From Allobaculum fili (lineage in GTDB: Bacteria > Bacillota_I > Bacilli_A > Erysipelotrichales > Erysipelotrichaceae): 8,316 bases of DNA. The stretch lies in contig NZ_JAHDSX010000066.1 of NCBI RefSeq assembly GCF_020969955.1, positions 1 through 8,316 on the forward strand, given 5' to 3'. The translations under genes were made by a program, and so were the position numbers. This document shows positions 5,513 through 8,316 of the stretch, piece by piece; the stretch's first letter is position 1, and every line of letters begins with the position of its first letter. Under the pieces are notes generated by a model, which was not told the origin of the DNA, did not search any database, and saw only the letters and a program-made list of their open reading frames with translations.

Positions 5513-6835
5513 ATGCCAAACGAAAACGATCAAAACGCTTCAGCATCGTCAGACGCTCCTGCAGCTGCCGGAGAGGAAGCCCAGACGAATACAAATACCG
5601 AAAATTTAAAAGAGAACGAAAACGAAAATTTCTCGTCCCAAAACAAATCCGAGTTCAAAAACGATTCCGAAAACAAAAACGATCTAGAGGAAAACGATAA
5701 AGATAGCAATAAAGAAAAGGAAAAAAACAGACCAGAGCACAAAAACCATATCGGTGCCTGGATTGTTGCCGCCATCTGCGTACTGGCGCTGACGATTTCC
5801 TTTACGCTATATCTTTCTTCGCCCAAAGACGCATCCAAAGGCGAAGTGCAGTCGCGCTCGACAACGATGATTGATGTCGGATTCGATACCCCGGTCACCT
5901 TCAAGACCACCAGCAATGAAGCCGATTTTGACCGCTGGCTTCAGATCGTCCGCGATACCTTTCTGGAATGTTCGGCCATCTTTGATGCCGTCAACCCGCC
6001 AGCCGACGATACCGTCGTCAGCCTGTACACGATCAATAACGCCCCGCGCAATACGCCTTTTGAAGTGGACGAAAAAATGATCGAAGTCTACAACGACGCC
6101 CTTCAGATTCATGCCGTCAATAACAAGTTCGATCCGGCGCAGGGCAATCTCACCGCCTTATGGCGAGCGGTCATGGACGAGAGTGATCCTGTCCTTCCTT
6201 CTGCACAGGAAGTCGAAGATGCCATCAACAAAGATTCCGTGAACGGCGTTAAAGTCGATGGAAACACCATCACGCTGACCGGCGAAGACGCCGCCCTCGA
6301 TTTTGGTGCTATTGCCAAAGGCTATACCGCACAGCTGGCTGCCGATCGTCTGGTCGAAGCCGGTCTGGAAGAAGGCCTGATCAATGCCGGCGGCAACGTC
6401 GTTCTGATCGGCCACAAGCCGGACGGCAAAAACTGGAAAGTCGGCATTCAGGATCCGGATGGCAGCGATTCCCTTCTCACCTGCTCGCTTGCAGATCCCT
6501 CCTGCTTTGTAACATCCGGCGACTATCAGCGTTACGTCCTGATTGACGGACAGCGCTACGCCCATATTGTCGATCCGACCACCGGCTATCCAGCCCGTTA
6601 CATGCGCTCCGTTACCGTCGTGGATCAGGATTCTGCCTACTGCGACGGCATGTCGACCGCTCTGTTTTGCATGAGCGTTGAAGACGGCCTAGCTCTCTGT
6701 AAAAAGATCGGTCTGCAGGCCATCTGGATCGTCGATAAAGGAACCGTGAACGTAACCCCGGATCTTTCCACCGATACTTTCGATATTTATCTCACCGATG
6801 GAATGAAAGATCTGGTGACGCTCAAAGCTAAATAA
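5513..6835 (+). CDS. apbE: FAD:protein FMN transferase (ApbE/Ftp family), signal-anchored, with an ~80 aa low-complexity N-terminal tail
   Basis: The 440 aa product carries ApbE family motifs: FGAIAKGY, TSGDYQRY, HIVDPTTGYP and DGMSTALF. It has a single TM helix at about aa 80-101. An AGGAAAG RBS precedes ATG 5513, and no in-frame ATG/GTG/TTG lies between that ATG and the TM helix. Confidence 0.92.
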   Translation: MPNENDQNASASSDAPAAAGEEAQTNTNTENLKENENENFSSQNKSEFKNDSENKNDLEENDKDSNKEKEKNRPEHKNHIGAWIVAAICVLALTISFTLYLSSPKDASKGEVQSRSTTMIDVGFDTPVTFKTTSNEADFDRWLQIVRDTFLECSAIFDAVNPPADDTVVSLYTINNAPRNTPFEVDEKMIEVYNDALQIHAVNNKFDPAQGNLTALWRAVMDESDPVLPSAQEVEDAINKDSVNGVKVDGNTITLTGEDAALDFGAIAKGYTAQLAADRLVEAGLEEGLINAGGNVVLIGHKPDGKNWKVGIQDPDGSDSLLTCSLADPSCFVTSGDYQRYVLIDGQRYAHIVDPTTGYPARYMRSVTVVDQDSAYCDGMSTALFCMSVEDGLALCKKIGLQAIWIVDKGTVNVTPDLSTDTFDIYLTDGMKDLVTLKAK

Positions 6836-6868
6836 CCCCTTCTCTGGCCCATTCTTTTCCCCAGTAAT

Positions 6869-6924
6869 AAAACGGCGTTTCTTCCCTGCGGCATAAAAGC
6901 CGATCGGAAAGAAACGCCGTTTTT
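6869..6924. terminator. Bidirectional intrinsic terminator between apbE and the convergent 118 aa gene
   Basis: AAAACGGCGTTTCTT (6869-6883) pairs perfectly (15 bp) with AAGAAACGCCGTTTT (6909-6923). The loop contains a 4 bp inner stem (CGGC 6889-6892 / GCCG 6899-6902). A T-run on the plus side (6920-6924) and an A-run (6869-6872) give U-tracts in both directions. Confidence 0.75.
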
Positions 6925-7010
6925 GCAAAGGTACGTTGCATGCGACCCAGCACGCAGAAAAAGAAAGACTTACAGGCAGAGCGATTAAAGAGCACGGGCG
7001 AACCGATCAC

Positions 7011-7053
7011 GGAAGCCTCTTTGAAAGGTGAGTAAGTCAAAGAGAAGGCTTCC
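7011..7053 (-). other. Stable hairpin immediately 3' of the 118 aa gene (no U-tract)
   Basis: GGAAGCC(7011-7017)/GGCTTCC(7047-7053) plus TCTTTGA(7018-7024)/TCAAAGA(7037-7043) give 14 bp, with a 3 nt bulge and a 12 nt loop. It begins 8 nt after the stop codon (7062-7064). It could be an mRNA 3' stabiliser or a non-canonical terminator. Confidence 0.4.
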
Positions 7054-7061
7054 ACTTGGTT

Positions 7062-7418
7062 TCAGGCAAGTGTCCCGTAAGGATTGTGATATGCAAATAT
7101 ACGCTCGCCGATCTGGCGGGTCTTCGGATCCAAAGAAAAAAGCAGGTGCTCCATGACATCCTGGTACGAATAGTATTTATACAGTCCGCGGTTTCCGCAG
7201 CTGGGATCGGTGTTGACTCCATAATAATTCAGAATGCATTTGGGAAGAAATCCTCGAAAATACTGATCACCCAGAAGTTCGATTTCAATCTGGACTACCC
7301 CTTTGCTTTCAAAGAGATATTCATACAGAATTTTCCCCGCCATCAAATCCAGCGAAGGCACCAGCACTTCAATGTTTTCGTATTTCTCGATTTTTGGAAT
7401 TGGCTCAGAATTGGACAT
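7062..7418 (-). CDS. Hypothetical protein, 118 aa, Tyr-rich, no family recognised
   Basis: A strong GGAGGA RBS lies 7 nt upstream of ATG 7418. Amino-acid composition looks natural. The gene has its own predicted promoter and a downstream hairpin. The competing plus-strand ORF (7056-7532) has no ATG start and no RBS. Confidence 0.7.
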   Translation of the reverse strand: MSNSEPIPKIEKYENIEVLVPSLDLMAGKILYEYLFESKGVVQIEIELLGDQYFRGFLPKCILNYYGVNTDPSCGNRGLYKYYSYQDVMEHLLFSLDPKTRQIGERIFAYHNPYGTLA

Positions 7419-7441
7419 TTTTCTTTCCTCCGTTTAATGCC

Positions 7442-7470
7442 AGGATACCAGGCGGATTGGCGGATTCCAA
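7442..7470 (-). promoter_or_regulatory. Candidate extended -10 promoter of the 118 aa gene
   Basis: On the minus strand this reads TTGGAA (7465-7470), a 17 nt spacer ending in TG, then TATCCT (7442-7447). That gives a leader of about 20 nt to the RBS. Prediction is by eye only. Confidence 0.4.
7451..7466. repeat. Perfect tandem 8-mer GGCGGATT x2 inside the predicted promoter spacer
   Basis: The copies are at 7451-7458 and 7459-7466. They are followed by the inverted arms GGATT(7462-7466)/AATCC(7469-7473) and flanked by direct ACCAGG copies at 7447-7452 and 7476-7481. Confidence 0.7.
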
Positions 7471-7552
7471 TCCAGACCAGGAAGAGAATTCAGGCTTTTT
7501 TCCTGCCATATTTAGCGCAGGGCTGCTTTTAAATCGCAGCTGAAACAGCAAT

Positions 7553-7593
7553 ACAGACAAAGGAAAACCTGAGGCGAATTAACGGCCTCAGGT
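7553..7593 (-). terminator. Orphan minus-strand rho-independent terminator (no CDS upstream of it on that strand)
   Basis: On the minus strand this reads CCUGAGGC-cguuaauuc-GCCUCAGG followed by UUUUCCUUUGUCUGU. The stem is 7568-7575/7585-7592. It is preceded by a second hairpin CUGAU-N9-AUCAG (7594-7612). Confidence 0.65.
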
Positions 7594-7837
7594 CTGATGG
7601 ATTTGAAATCAGTTTCTATGCACTTTCTGCCCAGGACAAAACGCTAAGTTCAAAAGGTACAGCATGCGTTTGTCTTACTGTGAGTCCGGTTCTGCTCCCT
7701 CGATCAGCACTCTGATTCCCTGTCTCTAAATTCTTTTTGCCATCGCACTTTTCGGATTTTATCCCCTCTGCATTCTCTGGAGACGGCCGATTTTTAAATT
7801 GCCTTCTCTCCCGGTAAAAACAGCGGCTTTTCGGACT

Positions 7838-7863
7838 TTGACCAAACGGTTCCATGGTATACT
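7838..7863 (+). promoter_or_regulatory. Candidate extended -10 promoter of the rubredoxin gene
   Basis: TGGTATACT gives TG at 7855-7856 and the -10 hexamer TATACT at 7858-7863. A TTGACC lies at 7838-7843, but its 14 nt spacing is too short for a canonical -35. The leader to the ATG would be about 25 nt. Confidence 0.4.
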
Positions 7864-7895
7864 TTATGTGGTTTTAAACATAAAGGAGATACACA

Positions 7896-8057
7896 ATGGA
7901 CAAGTACGTTTGCACACTTTGCGGATATGAGTACGATCCGGCTGTCGGCGATCCCGATAACGGCATCCCAGCTGGAACCGCATTCGAAGATCTTCCTGAA
8001 GACTGGGTTTGCCCTCTTTGCGGAGCTTCGAAATCCGATTTCGAAAAAGTTGAATAA
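7896..8057 (+). CDS. rub: Rubredoxin (53 aa)
   Basis: My own translation is [53 protein letters not shown]. It has the two CxxCG knuckles (CTLCG, CPLCG) and the rubredoxin core YxCxxCGYxYDPxxGDPxxGIxxGTxFxxLPxDWxCPxCG. An AGGAG RBS lies at 7884-7888. It is absent from the ORF track because it is under 60 aa. Confidence 0.93.
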   Translation: MDKYVCTLCGYEYDPAVGDPDNGIPAGTAFEDLPEDWVCPLCGASKSDFEKVE

Positions 8058-8080
8058 TCACAAACCCATCCAAAAAAACA

Positions 8081-8120
8081 GTCTTTGTCTGGACAGCCGT
8101 CCAAACGAAGGCTCTTTTTT
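8081..8120 (+). terminator. Rho-independent terminator of the rubredoxin gene (also reads as a terminator on the minus strand)
   Basis: GTCTTTGTCTGGAC (8081-8094), loop AGCC, then GTCCAAACGAAGGC (8099-8112) give 13/14 pairs including two G-U. TCTTTTTT follows at 8113-8120. The A-run at 8072-8078 gives a U-tract for the opposite strand. Confidence 0.8.
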
Positions 8121-8174
8121 CATTCATAGGCCCCCGCGCGCGGCGGCCCACCCTTGGTTAGTTGAAATATGGAT

Positions 8175-8206
8175 GAGGGCTCGTTGAGCCCTCTTTTATT
8201 ATTTTT
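8175..8206 (+). terminator. Second plus-strand rho-independent terminator
   Basis: GAGGGCTC (8175-8182), loop GTT, GAGCCCTC (8186-8193), then TTTTATTATTTTT. On the minus strand the hairpin is followed by a T-poor sequence, so it is oriented plus. Confidence 0.7.
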
Positions 8207-8316
8207 AATGAATTTCTCTTCGCAATTTCGATTCCTGATAGAATCGCTTTGTACCAGAGCACTGGAAAAGCACGTTACGCAAATAATTCATAATGATAAT
8301 TATTTACCTTTCATGA

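Noticed and set aside
6689-7055. Minus-strand ORFs 6689-6928 and 6828-7055, and the antisense ORFs inside apbE (5530-5916, 5807-6112, 5871-6080, 6109-6318, 6158-6565)
   Set aside because: They overlap apbE or run straight through the terminator hairpins. They have no RBS and implausible compositions.
7056-7532. 158 aa plus-strand ORF opposite the 118 aa gene
   Set aside because: It starts at TTG with no RBS and has no internal ATG until very late. Its sequence is odd (QIQRRHQHFNVFVFLDFWNW...). The minus-strand ORF has a strong GGAGGA RBS, a promoter and a 3' hairpin.
7628-7635. CCUGGGCA (minus strand), matching the 3' pseudoknot box of ZTP (pfl) riboswitches, plus loose resemblances to glycine, guanidine-I, cobalamin and T-box leaders
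   Set aside because: The obligatory partner elements are absent (GACUGGCG and GGGUCGUG for ZTP, CACCGAAGGGGCAA for glycine, GGUCCGAGAG with ACGG..GGGA for ykkC, the B12 box, the GGUGGUACCGCG T-box). A single 8-mer match is not enough to call a class.
7683-7839. RNase P RNA-like motifs on the minus strand: AAAGUCCG (7832-7839) and CAGAACCGGACU (7683-7694), which could pair like helix P4
   Set aside because: The two motifs are only about 145 nt apart, against roughly 300 nt in bacterial RNase P RNA. The flanks deviate from the universal GAGGAAAGUCC and ACAGAANNCGGCUUA. There is no P1/P2/P3 arrangement or specificity-domain motif, and about 110 nt follow the second motif. It is most likely a coincidental resemblance.
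7616-7855. 79 aa minus-strand ORF (MEPFGQSPKSRCFYRERRQFKNRPSP...)
   Set aside because: It has no Shine-Dalgarno sequence upstream of its ATG and a highly charged, Arg-rich composition with no hydrophobic core. The region is better explained as non-coding RNA or leader.
7864-8187. ORFs 7864-8151 (-), 7874-8104 (-) and 7927-8187 (+) overlapping the rubredoxin gene and its terminators
   Set aside because: They overlap a textbook rubredoxin CDS in other frames or on the other strand, and they span terminator hairpins. They have no RBS.
8205-8291. 28 aa basic minus-strand mini-ORF (MNYLRNVLFQCSGTKRFYQESKLRREIH) at the right edge
   Set aside because: The only purine-rich stretch is about 16 nt from the ATG, too far for an RBS. 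There is no hydrophobic or toxin-like character, and the ORF is too short to evaluate. The right-edge 110 nt are AT-rich and probably the promoter region of a gene outside the window.
1-8316. Search for mobile elements, CRISPR arrays, tRNA/rRNA genes, toxin-antitoxin pairs or defence-system hallmarks
   Set aside because: I found no terminal inverted repeats flanking a transposase-like ORF, no regularly spaced repeats, no tRNA-like T-arm (GGTTCGAATCC-type) sequences, and no nuclease, ATPase or helicase motifs. The window is a conserved bioenergetic locus.

Overview
This window is mostly core anaerobic energy metabolism, not an accessory island. The minus strand carries a complete Rnf (ferredoxin:NAD+ oxidoreductase, ion-translocating) operon in the order rnfC-D-G-E-A-(60 aa ORF)-B, spanning 194-5003. 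It has tight or overlapping gene junctions, a plausible sigma70 promoter at 5035-5063 and a clean intrinsic terminator at 149-175. An apbE/ftp flavin transferase gene (5513-6835, +) is transcribed divergently from it across an unusually long intergenic region of about 510 bp. ApbE is the enzyme that attaches FMN covalently to RnfG and RnfD, and both acceptor motifs are present. To the right lie a bidirectional terminator and an orphan 118 aa gene (7062-7418, -). Next comes about 300 bp of non-coding sequence ending in an orphan minus-strand terminator (7553-7593). A 53 aa rubredoxin gene (7896-8057, +) follows, which the >=60 aa ORF track missed, and it has two downstream terminators. The rnfCDGEAB gene order, GGAGG-type ribosome-binding sites and the rubredoxin suggest a Clostridia-like anaerobic Firmicute; this is inference only. 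I see no tRNA, rRNA, CRISPR array, transposase, integrase or recognisable defence system. Two things stand out most. RnfB is only 102 aa and lacks the whole ferredoxin-type [4Fe-4S] module. A translationally coupled 60 aa protein with one TM helix and four Cys sits between rnfA and rnfB; I propose it is an NqrM-like Fe/Fe-S maturation factor or an extra subunit. Secondary curiosities are the unclassified structured region with the orphan terminator, phased ACGGAAC repeats and a palindrome upstream of apbE, and an 80 aa low-complexity cytoplasmic tail on ApbE. The long plus-strand ORFs antisense to the rnf genes are shadow ORFs.
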